NCBI GenBank assembly: GCA_964188305.1
Contig: OZ076892.1
Length of the DNA stretch: 64,000 nt
Direction: 5' to 3' (one strand)
DNA from: Podarcis bocagei
Lineage: Eukaryota
Both the position numbers and the translations under genes were made by a program. Positions 38,146 to 51,527 of the stretch are shown here, piece after piece. The notes beneath the pieces are model-generated. The model made no database searches. It was not told the origin of the DNA and saw nothing but the letters and a program-made list of their open reading frames with translations. The first letter of the stretch is position 1. Each line of letters begins with the position of its first letter.

Positions 38146-38319
38146 CTGCCGATGGGCTATTTTCTCATTCAGGTTCTCCCACAGATGCTTCAGCTCCGTC
38201 AGAGGCTCCCGGATGATGTCTCGGTCTGTCTCATCCATGGCTTTTTTGAGCATGAGCCCTCCCTGGTGATTCAGTTTCTCCATCTCGATCTGCTGCTGGT
38301 AAACTTCCATTTTAAATTC
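38146..38319 (-). CDS. MACF1: MACF1 spectrin-repeat exon
   Basis: EFKMEVYQQQIEMEKLNHQGGLMLKKAMDETDRDIIREPLTELKHLWENLNEKIAHRQ. Confidence 0.95.
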
Positions 38320-38435
38320 CTGCCAAGAAGGAGAAAGCAGGGAGTTTCACGCTCAGGACTGTGACTGAAGATTTATTTAAAGAATTTATAAACCGCCCAC
38401 CATTTGAAAAAACCACAGTGCACAAACACACGCAC

Positions 38436-38537
38436 CTTCATCTCGTTCAGTTGCTCTTTGACGGTGTTGAGATCCGTCCCCACAGGGGGCATGTTGCAGA
38501 GTTTGATCACTGTGTTGTCCAGCCAGTCAAACATGGC
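38436..38537 (-). CDS. MACF1: MACF1 spectrin-repeat exon
   Basis: AMFDWLDNTVIKLCNMPPVGTDLNTVKEQLNEMK. Confidence 0.95.
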
Positions 38538-39594
38538 CTGAAAAGGGAGCAGGCCCACAAATGAAGGGAGACCCAGCCAGCTACCACCCAGAGGCGCAGC
38601 ATTGTGGCCTCCATGAAAAGAGTCAGCACCCAGTTCATAACCCTTTCCCTCAGCCTCTCCTCTTTCTCACAGGCTCAACTACTCCTCTGAGATGCCTGGC
38701 CCTTAATACAAAATAACCCTGCCGGGTCAGACCAAAGATCCATGTCCAGCCTGGTATCCTGTTCCTAACAGTGGAAAGCTGACAGCCAAGATTTGGATCA
38801 TCCCCTGCTGTTTCTCCCCAGGATCAGCCACTCTAAGGTAGACTGCCCTTATACACAGAGGCTCCATTTACAATTATTATAATAGAAATCAGGCCTAAAT
38901 TACATGAAGCAAGGTCTTTTCTGTAATGGTGCCTGGTTGTGAAACTCTCTCACCTCAGGTGTGCAGATTGCTGCAACTTTGCTGGGATTCCACCACCAGG
39001 TTGAAACATACCTGCTCTCTCTCTGGCCTTTGGAAGAATTTACCTATTCTGCCCAAGGTCTAAGTACTATTCTGAGATGCTGTCATTTTTGACTAATAAT
39101 TCATAACTGGGCACCATGCCCTGGTCAGCCCTCGAGCTATTTTGAACAATAACTCCCACTAGCTCTCAACCAGTGCCGATGGGAGCTGGAGGGCGCCAGG
39201 TTTGCAAAGGCAGGTGTATAAGAACCTTTAATCAATAAACTAAAATGACACCCTCCAAGAATCTGGTGTTCCTCCGACTACTCTGTGATGTTTATGCATT
39301 AAGCCTGGCACTACAATGAAAGATGCTCAGAATTAAGAGCCAGAATCCATTTCAGGCAGTAGCTAGAAATGATCCCTGCCTGCCTTAGGAAGCACCATGG
39401 CTCAGTGGCAAAGCAGCTGCTTTTCATGCAGAAGGACCCTGGATCAATCCCTGGCAGCATCTCCAGGTAGGGTTGGGGGGCCTTCCTGCTTGAAATCCTA
39501 GAGAGCCAGTGTGGATGGACCAGTGGTCTGGTAAAGCATCTCCCTTGGCTCTGCGCCTTCCCTACCCCTGCGCATCACCTCCACCCGTTGTCAC

Positions 39595-39696
39595 CTGCAA
39601 TGTGTCCTGGTACTGCACTGCCGACTGCATGGCCTCCTCCAGCCGCTCCAGCCGCTCCTTCCAGGTTTTGTTCAGGTTCTCCCAGGCACCGTTCAT
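39595..39696 (-). CDS. MACF1: MACF1 spectrin-repeat exon
   Basis: [34 protein letters not shown]. Confidence 0.95.
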
Positions 39697-40393
39697 CTGC
39701 AAAAGCAAGGAGAGGTCATTGGGGGCTGAGCATCTTGCCAGTGTGGGAGCCAGATAGGGCAGCACTGTGCGCAGGGTTGGATTCAGACAGGGGAGCCCCA
39801 GGCACCAAGCCCTGGTCAGCCCTGGAGATCATCGAATGTGCCTTTCTTTATTCAACTGACTCTCATGCCTGCCAAGTGGCAGCCCAGACTATTGCCTGCT
39901 TTTCAGGAATCTGTAAAGGAACCTTTTGGGGGGGGGGTGCCCTGGGCTACCTGTCCCCTGCCAGCTCCGATATCCCATTTGCAGCACAGGTAAGCTAAGC
40001 TGGAGAACACACTTGCTAAGTATGGGTGGTGTATTGATGGCCCCGATTCACTTTGCAGGATCCCTGCCTTCCTGGCCTCCCAATCTGACAACAAAGTGAG
40101 AGCAGCAGCAAAGTTCTACTGCAGACATGTCTCTTCATCTGGCTGAGGAACTTTCAGCAGTCCTCTGTGCCATAGGCTGGTTTCTATACACACTCCCACA
40201 ACCCTCTCTATCCTCCATCCAGGCAAACAAGAGGCATGATCAGGGTTCAAGGACATGCCTCTAGCAAGGCAACAGCACTCAAGGAGGGTGTGACACCAGG
40301 CTGGTGAGAGGACGTGTGACAGAGGAAGGGTGTGTTACTTGGGGTGAGGTCCAACGGTCAGAGAGAGAGGCCCAGGGGCCACAATCTACCCAC

Positions 40394-40516
40394 CTCATCT
40401 ATGCTTTTCTTCACTTCTGGTTTTTCTGTCTCACCGCAGGCAAAGATCAGGTCAGTCCCAAGAATCCGGATGAACTCCAGTTCTTCATGCAAACTGTCCG
40501 TTTCCTCCTTGATTGT
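40394..40516 (-). CDS. MACF1: MACF1 spectrin-repeat exon
   Basis: TIKEETDSLHEELEFIRILGTDLIFACGETEKPEVKKSIDE. Confidence 0.95.
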
Positions 40517-40919
40517 CTGCAGGATTAACGTCACCACAGTGGTTGATGTTATATTAGCAAGCACTGCTCCAAAATGGCATCTGGGTTGCCAGAGTGACTC
40601 ACAATTTATAAGCCATCTTGTTTATTAAATTGCGCTTCTAATCAGAGATTAAATTTCTAAAGAAAAAAGGCAGGAAGCTCAGGCAGCAGCACACATACCT
40701 TGCTATAACAATGTGCAAGGCAGTTGCCAAAGCTGCTAAATGCAGAGATTTTAAAGACCGAAGAGCAGAAATCTGTTCTGCTTTTAAATAGGATTATTTG
40801 AATCATTTTCACCTTGGGAGGCTTTCTATTTATTATAGGTGAACGTTATTATTCCATGCCTTGCGCAGCAGGCTATTCCATTTGCCTACTGCAGAAATGT
40901 TTGCCTTTGCCATCCTTAC

Positions 40920-41146
40920 CTCTGCTGCTTCAACCTGCTGTTTGATGATGGATGGGTCAATCCCCGGACTCTCCAAGTCATGGACAATGTCCTGTGTGTC
41001 TCGGATGGTGGTCAGGAGGGCAGCCATGTCATACCAAAATTTCTCTGCCAGTTCCAAGACATCCAGGAATTTAATTTCACGTTCCTCGGCCCGGGCTTTG
41101 ATGTCTTCCCAGAAAAACACCATTTGGTCTAATTTATCCTGGATTT
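40920..41146 (-). CDS. MACF1: MACF1 spectrin-repeat exon
   Basis: [76 protein letters not shown]. Confidence 0.95.
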
Positions 41147-41270
41147 CTGAAATGGAGGAAACATCACAAACCAAAATAATGAGAATCTCTTTCCGTTGGG
41201 GTGGAATATAAGAATTTGCATGACAAAAAACCGAAAGCAGTGAACATGTGAGAGTTCCAATCCCCCTGAC

Positions 41271-41502
41271 CTTTGGCTGCCAGGTCCTTGTCTGCACCTT
41301 GCGACCGTCCAATCAGCTCCTCCCCGCGGCGTTTCAGGGCCTCAAAGGACGGCTGCAGCTTCTCCAGCTCCATGGTGGCATTTTTGTTGTCGCCAATGCA
41401 CTCTCGGATCTTCTCAACCTCAGCTGGGATCAGTGGAGGCATTCGCAGGCGGGAGGAGAGGGACTCCAGAGTCTCCAGCATGGGCTCAATCTTGTCATGG
41501 AA
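41271..41502 (-). CDS. MACF1: MACF1 spectrin-repeat exon
   Basis: [77 protein letters not shown]. Confidence 0.95.
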
Positions 41503-42693
41503 CTGAGCAGGAAGAAGGAGGAGGCTTAGCAAGGGCATGACTGAGAGGCTGCACTGAACAGCCAAGAGGAATCTACAGGCCCTTCAAAAAGGAGCAGCAG
41601 AAGCAGCACCTGTTGCAATCAGTACAGGCTTCTAGACCAACACTCTTAAGTATGGTTAAATGCATAGTTTATCTGCTATGTTGCTACGATTTGTTTTTCA
41701 ATTTTTCAATTGAATGTAATGGTTTTGATAAGACTTGTCACTAAGACTAAGCCACTATACCCTCAAGCTGCGCCCCCTCTCCATCCAGCAATATGGGCAT
41801 AAAACTGGCCTGCCTCACAAGGCTGTTGTAATTTAGAGATAATGTATGCAGAATGCTCTGAACCCTTCAAAGAAGTGCTAAGAGTCACCATAATCAGATG
41901 CATGGAATACCAGTGTGCATACATAGAACAAACTCCCCCAACCTGGTGCCCTCTAGCGCAACTCCTACCAGCTCCAGCCAGCACAACCTCCTCATTCCAT
42001 GTCACAAACTGTTTGTGACATTCCCCATGGTTGCAAAAGCAGCTAGTCATGGGGCATGGCTGAGAAGCTGCTGTCTGAGAACCAGGAGTGAATCACACAG
42101 TCCTTTGGATCCTGTCCATTAGCTGCATCATTCCCTCTTCAAAAACAGCTCCTCAAAGAGCAATCCGTAATTAGCTTAGATGAATTTGCAGCGATGGGCA
42201 TGTTGCAGGAGTGCTTCTCCTGAGAACACACTTATAGGGAGAGGGAGGGAGGTCCAACTACAGAGCTACAGGGATTCTGCTTCAACCGAACAGCAGCTGA
42301 AAGGCATGAGGCCAAGAGCAAACCTTCTGAAGCTTAATGCTTTCATACCCCACTGGCCTTTCTGCCTGGATCAAAGTCTGCAAAAAGACTTCCAAAAAGG
42401 GGGGAGTCCACTCCTAATTGAGCCAACTATTTAACTTTTTGATGTACTTTGAAAAGAATTCACACCAAGGAATTTAAATACGGTTGCACCTGGGAGGTTT
42501 TTAAGCTTTACAAAATAAGGGAGGGTGTTTTGTGCTTCAAAAACCCAACAGTACTTCCAGACGACAATAGATACATGCAAAAAACCACTTTGCAAAGAAG
42601 GGGAGCGAAATTGCTAGCCAATGAAGACACCATCGTTTCTGGTAAGTCAGAGGGGAGAAGGATTGCAATGTGATGAAGAGGAGGGATTCTTAC

Positions 42694-42702
42694 CTCTCCA
42701 AT
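42694..42702 (-). CDS. MACF1: MACF1 9-nt microexon (IGE) in the spectrin rod
   Basis: catgacag|ATTGGAGAG|gtaaga; phase 0-0 between SQSTQ and FHDK; 144-nt AG-free tract upstream; I recall a 3-aa I-x-E insert at this position in mammalian MACF1. Confidence 0.8.
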
Positions 42703-43750
42703 CTGTCATGGTGTGGTGCAGTCAACACAACAATGAAATGTGAAGAGCACGCAGGGAAGACGGGAACAGGCACCGAAACACACAACAGGGAACAAAATCC
42801 ACAATGGGAGGGGAGATGAGACGGGAAATGGAGGAGGAGGAAAAACAACTCAGAGTTAATATATGAGCAAAAACCAGAACGTGGGGGGGGGGGAATAAAA
42901 ATGTATTGTTTTATTCAATATATTAAACAGATGAAACACAGAACAAAACCTAGGCTAGGGTACCATAGATTAACAGTGGTTAAAGTTTTACCAACTAACT
43001 TCCGAATAGCATGCAAGACAATTGCATGGGGTGGGGGAGAGTCTGAAATGAGGTGATAAGAACAATCTGTATGATTCCTGGCTTAAGCTCAAAATCACAT
43101 GACACAGAAAAGGAAATTAGCAACAGCAAAGGGATTTGTGCCTAACAAAAATCCTTTGCCAAACTTAAATGTAGTTTCCCTTTGCACTGATCTCATCCCC
43201 ACCCACCCCTGCTCTGATCGGGTGAGAAAAAGGGTTCACTCCCCTAAGCAAAGGAACTCACTGCCTCCTATGTCATGGGCCAGCCCAGCCGCTGCCCAGC
43301 AGTTATTTGCTTCAGCAAAGGACCTAAAGAAAAATTTTGTTCCAGGCTATTAGCGGAGTTGGGGGAGGGGGAGGGTTGTTGGGGATCCTGGAACAGGAGG
43401 AAGAAGTTGTGATTCTGTGATCTAGTTGAGATTCCTGCATTGCAGGGGGTTGGACTAGATGACCATCAGAGTTCCTTCCAAATCTATGATTCAACAACCC
43501 CTGCCAGTCAGTGTAGACAATACTGAGCTGGCTTGACTAAGGCAGCTTCTTATGTCGGGCTGTGGAGTTGGTAAGTCTAATGCATTTGTGGGGACTGTGA
43601 TCTTTCAAAAAGGTGAGGGGGTGGCAGCTAAGTATATCCCCCTCCTCTTCTACAGCGAGGGCAGATTGCAAACAATCTCCACCTAAGCCCCCATATGATA
43701 CCCACAGATTGCACTGAATCATTGAAGGATGGAGCCAGGGAATCACAAAC

Positions 43751-43954
43751 CTGGGTTGACTGTGAGACGGCCTCGTCCATCGCCAGAGCCCGTTGGCGGA
43801 CATCCTCCTTGATGCGGGAGTACATGGCTTCTGCCGTCACGTATTTCTCCTTTACCATCTCTCCTTCTTCTGGGTTCAGCTCACTCAGCTGTGGCCCGAT
43901 TTTCAGCAGCTTATCAATATGGGGTTTGTGTTCTGCAATCAACTCTCTCAGTTG
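43751..43954 (-). CDS. MACF1: MACF1 spectrin-repeat exon
   Basis: [68 protein letters not shown]. Confidence 0.95.
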
Positions 43955-45263
43955 CTGCAAAGCGAAGAATTGCAATGAGACTCAAAGATGATACCTCCTG
44001 CTTTACGCATTTCACTACACTGTGATCCCAGGTTCACAAATCAAACAAAAGAGCAGATTCTGCAATCAAACCAGCTGTGTTTATTGGCTCCAAAAAGCTA
44101 AAGAACTTGTGTTTGCTCAGCATCGTGTTATAAGATGCAGAGACCATATTAACCTCGAGCCGTAATGCTCAAAGCCAGCCTGGTGCCCTCCAGAGGTGTT
44201 GGACTACAATTCTCATCTCCTGCAGCCAGCAGACTGTGCTAGCTGGCATTGGTGGGAATTGTACTTCAAAATATACTGAATATATACACTAAAATAAAGT
44301 GTGGAAACACTGGGTGGAATTCAAGGTCGCGCTAATGCAATCATTCCGTCAGCACACGCATTTCTGCTAGCCAGATGGAGCTATCTCCCCTCCCCCACCC
44401 CCAGTGCTGCTCTGGGTTTCTCCCAAAAACTCCAGAGTGGAATTGGGAGAGGCATAGGGTGCAGAGAGCAGTCTCACTGTGCTAGTGGGAGTCCTTGTGC
44501 TGGCTTCTGCTACTGCACTAGGTTAGCTGAATCCGTCCCAGAGTGAATTCATAATCTGCATTGCAGAGATCTTTTATCACTACATGATTCGATAACTACT
44601 TCTACCGTTTTCAGCAATAAGATGCTGCCTTGGGTGATGCAAAGGGGACCCAAAAAGAGTTGCCGGGGCAAATTTAACTGTCTTTCCAAAATTCCAACAG
44701 GGCTTTGGGATACAAAACCCTCACCCTCCTACCCAACCAATCACTAACTCCAGTCTTTCCCCTCCCTCCATTCCCTAACCCACTTGCTTCTCTAGTTGAA
44801 TGCTGCCCAGTTTCCACATGTTCTGCTCACCAACCTCCCTCAGCTTGAAATGTCCGCTTGCAAACAACCTCCATCCCTCAGGAAGGGCCCCTGGCAAAGC
44901 TCAGCAACTCTCCTGAAGCCAAATGTTTTCATGGTCTGCACATTTGGGGCTTGCATTATCGCCCAAACACAGAGGGACTTTTGCTTGCTTCTCACAATCA
45001 GAGTTCTAAAGGTCTATAGTTTTTCAAGCTACACAGATTCATACCATGGGTGTCAGCAGAACCTTTTTTTTGAGGGGAAAATCAACGCAAAGTGGGGAAC
45101 AGGCTATTTCCCCCCGCCACAAACACAAAAGAGAAAACTAAAGCCTGCAAATTTAGCCTCATATCTCAGGTTATACAGGTGTGAGAAACTTAACTTTTAC
45201 AAAACTGAAAGCTGGTGGTCTGGGCCTTCATGCTTCTCTCTCATGCCCCCACCCCCTTCTTAC

Positions 45264-45482
45264 CCTCATGTCTTCCTGCTGCTGCTTGAGGTGCTCGTGG
45301 TCAATGGCCAGAGGGGGCAACTGCCCAATCAACACCTGTGTCTCTTCCAGCCAAGGGTTGAGCTCTTCGTAGGTCTCCCAGAACTGGTTGACTAAGACCT
45401 GGGCGCGCTCCAAGCGGGCGTAGCGCTCTGAATTGAGGTGGCTGATGTCATCGTACTGCTTCAGAAGACACTCCGTCTTCTC
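45264..45482 (-). CDS. MACF1: MACF1 spectrin-repeat exon
   Basis: EKTECLLKQYDDISHLNSERYARLERAQVLVNQFWETYEELNPWLEETQVLIGQLPPLAIDHEHLKQQQEDMR. Confidence 0.95.
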
Positions 45483-46370
45483 CTGTAGGAAGAGTAAGAT
45501 GTGAAGCTCAGGGAAGAGGTGCAAGGATTAAGAGGCCTAGGAGATGTTGGGTGATGCTTTTCATGACCCAGGTCAGCAGGTCTGCTCCATTCTGTATCCA
45601 TTTTCTTATAATTATGTTCCAGCCTGTTTTCCTAAATAAATCTCCCCACACTGCCTCTTGGGCCATTCACACAGCTCTTGCCACTAGCCAACAGGCACAC
45701 ATCACTTGGTACTCTGCATTTTGGATATAATATATTTTAAGAGGAGGGGAAATGGTCTATCTGAGTCAAAGAACAAAAGCAGATGCATGGGGCGGATACC
45801 AACTGGATTCTTTTTATTTATTAGTTTTATATCCCACTTTTCCTTCAAGGAGCTCAAAGGGGTGTATATGGCTCTCTGCCTCTAATTTATCCTCACAACA
45901 ATCCTGTGAGGTAGGTTAGGTTCAAAGATGATGACGGGCCTCAAGTCATCCAGTGAGCTTCTTGGCTCAAATTTGATCCCTGGTCTCCTAGGTCCTAGTC
46001 CAATATTCTAACCACTACACCAAATCGCCTTTTGCTTTGCGCTAACTAGACATTTCTACGTACTGGCTATAAATGCATGATGCAACTTCCAGTAGCTAAG
46101 TACTAGCAAACAAAAAACAAAAAAACTTGGTTAGCCCGGGGCAGGACCACTGAAAACATGCACCAGTACAACAAGGCTGGCCCCTGGCTGAGTGTTGCCC
46201 TCTGCAGGTTTATTGTCTTTTACTAGAGCAGCCTTAGCCAACCCAGTGCCTTTTGGATGTTTTGACCTACAACTTGCACCAGCCCCAGCCAGCACTGGGG
46301 GCTGCTGGGAGTTGTAATGCAAAAGCAACTGGACGGCAGCAAGTTGGTGCATGCAGGACAAGAGATTTAC

Positions 46371-46478
46371 CTGCAGTGTGGCTTTCTGTTCTTCACCACA
46401 GGTTCCAAAGATCTCATTCTGCTGGCTGAGCAGCTCGTCCACAGAATCTTTGTGTCGGATGATGTCAATAGAGAACGC
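46371..46478 (-). CDS. MACF1: MACF1 spectrin-repeat exon
   Basis: AFSIDIIRHKDSVDELLSQQNEIFGTCGEEQKATLQ. Confidence 0.95.
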
Positions 46479-47559
46479 CTGAAAGGTTGAACAAGCACAA
46501 AGCAATTTTCTTTAAAAAGAAGTGGGTGATGAGAGACGGCGCAAGCACCCTGCATCCATCCTGCAATGTCATTCTTGGCCTGAGTGAAGCCACCGTGCCT
46601 ACACTTATCAGGGCCATAGGGTTCAAGTCTGCCTGACTCTAACCATCTAGTATTATTCAAATCAGCCTTTGTCAACCAGGTGCCCCCACCCAAATGCCTT
46701 TAGGGTACAGCTCCCATCATCCCTAACCCTTGGCTATGCTGGCTGATGGGTGTTGTAGACCAAAACATCTGGAAGGGACCAGGGTGGGGAAGGCCAATTT
46801 AAATTTCTATCCCACCCATCCATATAGTGGTACCCAAGACAATTAACAACAAATAAGATAAAATACAACTTGAAGAACAAAGCTGTAAAATAAAAAAAAC
46901 TGCAAAAAGCCCAGCCCCGACTGGTAAAAAACAGATCAAGGAAACAGCCCGTTAAAAATAATGAGCACAGAATTGGATGCAATATTGCCCTGATACAGTC
47001 TGTTCTGCTAAGCTGGAGTCAAGATGCCCCCACTTCCCCCCAAAAATATTCTATTTCAACTCCCTTGCCCACAACACCTCATCCAATCTGCCCAATCTGA
47101 ACAGCAACTCAGATTTTATTCAGAACCACCCAAGCCCGCTGATCCCCCCCCTTGTCCTTCTTATCCCTGTTGAGATCAAAACCCAAACACTGAATTGGTT
47201 CCAGAAAAAGCCAGTCATTCTTTAGACCAACTGAAATCAGCAGACTATGTAAGACAGTCATTACTAATCTGCTGTGGTGATTTCAATGGGCAGGAAGCAT
47301 GGCTAAGTCTGGACCTAACCCATGGTTTCATCCATGATGCCTTTAGACCACCAGACGACTCCCAATGCCTCAAGAAATCTCAAGAGCTCCAGCTGATGCT
47401 TCTGCTTCCATGTTATTCTTCCCTGGAAGCACCCAGCCTCTCTGCTGGCTTCCCAGCACTCAGGGCCATCATCTACTCTTCTGCAACGGCACGGTTAAAA
47501 GTACCACTTTGCCCTCCAGCTCACTCCACCCAGCAAGCGTTCAACCCAGATTCCCGCAC

Positions 47560-47679
47560 CTTTTGGACCTGAAGCTGGGCTGTAGTCTGGTCTTGCTCCA
47601 GGCGAATTGGGCCAAGCGCCATCAGCTTCCGTTTCGTCTCAGCAACCCAGGCAAGCTCTGAATCAGCTGCCTGCTCATA
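47560..47679 (-). CDS. MACF1: MACF1 spectrin-repeat exon
   Basis: [40 protein letters not shown]. Confidence 0.95.
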
Positions 47680-48713
47680 CTGTCCGGGGGAAAGAGAGGA
47701 GAATTTAGAGCCGGCAAGCCACAAACCGGAAGAAGCCTGGCATCTGCCCTTCCATGTGGGGCAACTATGAAGCTGCATGAGCATTAAATGAAGAGTAAGG
47801 TGGGGGAAAGGAAGTCAGGCTAGATTTTGGCTAAAGCAGTACATTCGGACCAAGCTGCAGTTTCCTCTTAACCACAACATTGCTTTCTGACATATCCACA
47901 AGCCCCAATGCTGTTCTCCAGATGCTGCTGGGACTCAGACTCTCAGGGGTGATGAGTCCATCAGCAGTACCCAAAGGGCCACATAAGAGAAGGCAGCTTC
48001 TGAGCAGTGTGTGAAAATAATCTTAAGTTTATAAGTGCTGAGAAATCAAAGTTTTAAAACTACTAGCCCTGTGCAAAGATGGAAAATTCTTAGGAATCAA
48101 CATTAGTGTTTCAGGCACTTGACTGATCAAGAGATGAGATTTATGGAGTTAATTCCGTATCTGAAATGAATGAATGTGTGTGAGAAAGTTGAGCTGAAGC
48201 TTGTGGTTTTTTGGTTCACTATTCTCGAGTGAAAACTCTGTTTTCATCCAATTCTCCATCAATGACTCACTCATTACCCTTGAAACTGACCTTGGCCTCG
48301 CTAGTGTTACTCTGTCCGCGAAGCAGAAGACAGCCCAGAAAAAGGACCACCAAAGACAGGCTAGAAAAATAAACTGATTTTACAAATGTTTGATTCCCTG
48401 ATAATATGCTCCATGAAGAAACATTATGTTTTGTGAGTTGATGTGCATTCTGTGGGTGAGATCACTTGCTTTACTGACTGGCTGTACACATATCTTTAGT
48501 TCTTGTTTTGTGTTTGTGGCACATTGTTCCAGTACCGATTACAGCTTATTGATAGCAGAGTCTCCTGTCATCTGTGTGGAGGAGCAGGATCTATTTTCTT
48601 TTTAATTTAGAAGCCTGGCCACTCACTGCCTTCTCTGCACCAAGCCTTTTTCCATAGAAAGTCTTTATGAGGGAAGAAACAAGGGCCACTAAAATCAAAC
48701 TCTCAAACTCTAC

Positions 48714-48920
48714 CTGCTGGGACCTCTGTATAGCAGCATCTATTTCTTCCACCCTTTGCTTGATGGTGTCACTGATCATCTTGTAACGTTCATTAGTATC
48801 CGAAACCAACTTATCCAGCCCTTCGCGGGCACGCCAGGGCACCAGCTCCAGGAGGGCACGGCTGACTTCATTCACAGTATCCAGGATAAGCCTGTGTTCC
48901 ATCACCTCCTTCTTCAGTTC
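48714..48920 (-). CDS. MACF1: MACF1 spectrin-repeat exon
   Basis: [69 protein letters not shown]. Confidence 0.95.
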
Positions 48921-49670
48921 CTGGAAAAGAAAAGGGAAAAAGGTCCAGCTGTCTGTGGTTGTGAATCCACTTGCCCTTTGGGTTGTGCAAGAAGGGTATT
49001 TTTTCATGATCAAAGACCAGCACAGGGCCCCCTGATGTTGGAAATCCAAGCCTCCATTTGCTGAGATGGACAGAGGTATTTCATTTGTAGTGGAAGGAAA
49101 GAGGAAAGAACATTTCCCATCCCAGAGGAAGCAGGCAAGGCATCTTCCTGGCTGTGGATCACAGGCCAGTGTATGATAACAACCACTTTTACTTGCAGGT
49201 GCTTTAAACTAAAAAGCAGACATAGCTGTGTCAGTCCATTAAAAAACCCTCCAAAGTCCGCAAATGCCTTTATTAGGACCAATCTTAAAGCTTCTAAGCT
49301 CTCCATAACTCTTCAGAATATCACAGAAGGCTGGGAGTATGGACAATTTTTTTTAACCCCCCCCCCCAAAAAAAACCAGGGAAGTAGAGCAATTAGCAAG
49401 CCATGAAGTCAGCACTTGTAGACACATTCCAAGAGGAGGATTGCAGACTGAGAAGATCTCTCTCTGATGCTACAAACAACAGGTTACACAGTGAGGCTCA
49501 TTTGGTAAAGTAACAATGGCTTCTGGCCTGCTGAGAAGTCCTAGAGAACTTACAAGCTGTTCACATTTTTGTGAGTTTTTGGTCCACTAACTACTTAGCA
49601 CACTCTCTGTTACTACCAAAGCCCACTCTCCTTTGAAAACACTCTGCCTGAGTGTGGAATGGCTCCTGAC

Positions 49671-49912
49671 CTTCTGCCTCTGCTGGAACTGAGGGATCTG
49701 CTCCCCGACAGGTGAGTGCCCTCCACCCGACGTCAGCTCCTCTTCCACCAGACCCATCCAGTCTGTCAGCTCCTCATGCGTGGACTGGAACTTGGTGGCC
49801 AGCTGGCGGGCCTGCTCCAGAGTGCGGAGAGCCTTTGAGCTGGCTGTGGTGATATCCGAGTAGCGGGTCTTGATGCCGTCCAGCTTCTCCTGGATGAGCA
49901 GCACCTCTTCCC
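49671..49912 (-). CDS. MACF1: MACF1 spectrin-repeat exon
   Basis: GEEVLLIQEKLDGIKTRYSDITTASSKALRTLEQARQLATKFQSTHEELTDWMGLVEEELTSGGGHSPVGEQIPQFQQRQK. Confidence 0.95.
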
Positions 49913-50354
49913 CTGCAGGGAGCCACCAAGTGTTTAGCTGTAGCAAGCCCTAGTCATTTGGTTTAGAGACTTCTTTTGTTTTGCCTCTTTATCTGCAGGC
50001 TTAGAAACTACTTCTCTAACAAAAGCTACCGAAGTAGAATAAAATAAGATTAACTCCCCACATGTTATAGACTCAATAAGCTAAAAACAATAAAACAATT
50101 TCTATACTTAATGTTCTAGAAAATGACAAGCCTTCGTAAGCAAAAAGCAGCAAATACTTGGGATTTAAAGCCCCTGCTTTCAACCCCACTCCTGTTTGCC
50201 TGAAGCAACCCTTTATAAGAAAATAAGAAATGAAGTGGGTGAATCTTCAAGGGGGGGGGGGAGTTGTACTATGTTCTGCAGCCATTGGCACAGAGGAGTC
50301 AATGAAGAATGACAGGAAGGATTGTGGGGAGCGCAACAGGTTGGCTAGTCTTAC

Positions 50355-50439
50355 CTGTGGTTTGCTTCAGAAGGGCCTGTCCGTTCTTAATGGCCTGGTC
50401 TACATTCTTCTTGCGGTTCACAATCTCATCATTCAAGGC
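50355..50439 (-). CDS. MACF1: MACF1 spectrin-repeat exon
   Basis: ALNDEIVNRKKNVDQAIKNGQALLKQTT; cctag / G|gtaaga. Confidence 0.94.
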
Positions 50440-51115
50440 CTAGGCAGGGGGGGAAAAACCTTGTGTCAAAGGAGAGTTCCCCTGGAGAGGCTCCTCTTTG
50501 ACCAAAACAAGTTTCCCCCACTGGGGCTCCAACAACACCAGCACATTGACGGAGTAAAGGTGGCACCCAAGAGACATCTGTGGCTCCCTTCCCTTCCACA
50601 CAGGAAGCCTCTGGGAGGGGACACAGAAGCAGCCTGAAGCCTAAGGAAGGCAGGGCATTGATGATGCTCACTACTTCTACCAAACAGAAGAGGAGGGAGA
50701 GTCCTAGGCAGACCACCACTGGACCCAGCTAGGAGGAATACTTACACCAGGCTTTCCTAACCAAGTCCAAATGTTCTGGAGTACAAACCCCATCAACCCC
50801 AGGATCATGGGGCTGACGGGAGCTGTAGTCGAAAATCTATGGGGAGTGCCAGTTTGGGAAGGGCTGCTTTAAGCAGAGGGTGGCAGCCTTCTAAAAGGCT
50901 TAACTGGGACAAGGGTTGGTCATCATTCTCTCTCTTTTTTTCCCTTTGGCACAGAAATAACACCGGTTTGTGTGGTGGCTGTATGGGGCAGCAGCAAGGG
51001 TGGGGCTGGTGTTCTAGGGAGATATTAATGGCCCAGATCAAAATCAAAAGACTCAAAGCAACAGAAACAAAGGAAAAGATAAGAAGGATAAGAATACATC
51101 ATGGAAGATGGGAAA

Positions 51116-51116
<1 letters not shown>

Positions 51117-51173
<57 letters not shown>
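51117..51173. repeat. (AAT)n microsatellite, about 19 units
   Basis: Direct reading; begins about 27 nt into the intron after exon 51201-51527. Confidence 0.97.
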
Positions 51174-51174
<1 letters not shown>

Positions 51175-51200
51175 TGAAAGATGGGAAAAGGAGTCAGTAC

Positions 51201-51527
51201 CAGCTGGTCGGCATGCTGCCTCTGCAGGATGTCCCGCTTGTAATCCTTGACGGCCACTGAGCTGAGCTTGTCCTCAACCTCAGCCAGCCAGTTGAGCACC
51301 TCCACCTCGTCCTCCCCAAAGAGCCGGGCGTTGGACAAGGCCTGGTCAAGAAGGGCAGCCTTCCGGCCACACCGGTCGCAAACCTCTGCATACCGGGACT
51401 CAAGCAGGTCAAGCTTCTCAGCCAGCGAGGCCTGCTCAACCTGACAGCTCAAGGAGGCCAGGGACTGTCCAGTGTTGACCGCCAGAGCCACAGCTGAGCC
51501 ATGACACTCTATCTCCTCCTCGAGGGC
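51201..51527 (-). CDS. MACF1: MACF1 327-nt exon, one spectrin-repeat length (likely cassette)
   Basis: ALEEEIECHGSAVALAVNTGQSLASLSCQVEQASLAEKLDLLESRYAEVCDRCGRKAALLDQALSNARLFGEDEVEVLNWLAEVEDKLSSVAVKDYKRDILQRQHADQL; phase 0-0. Confidence 0.93.
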
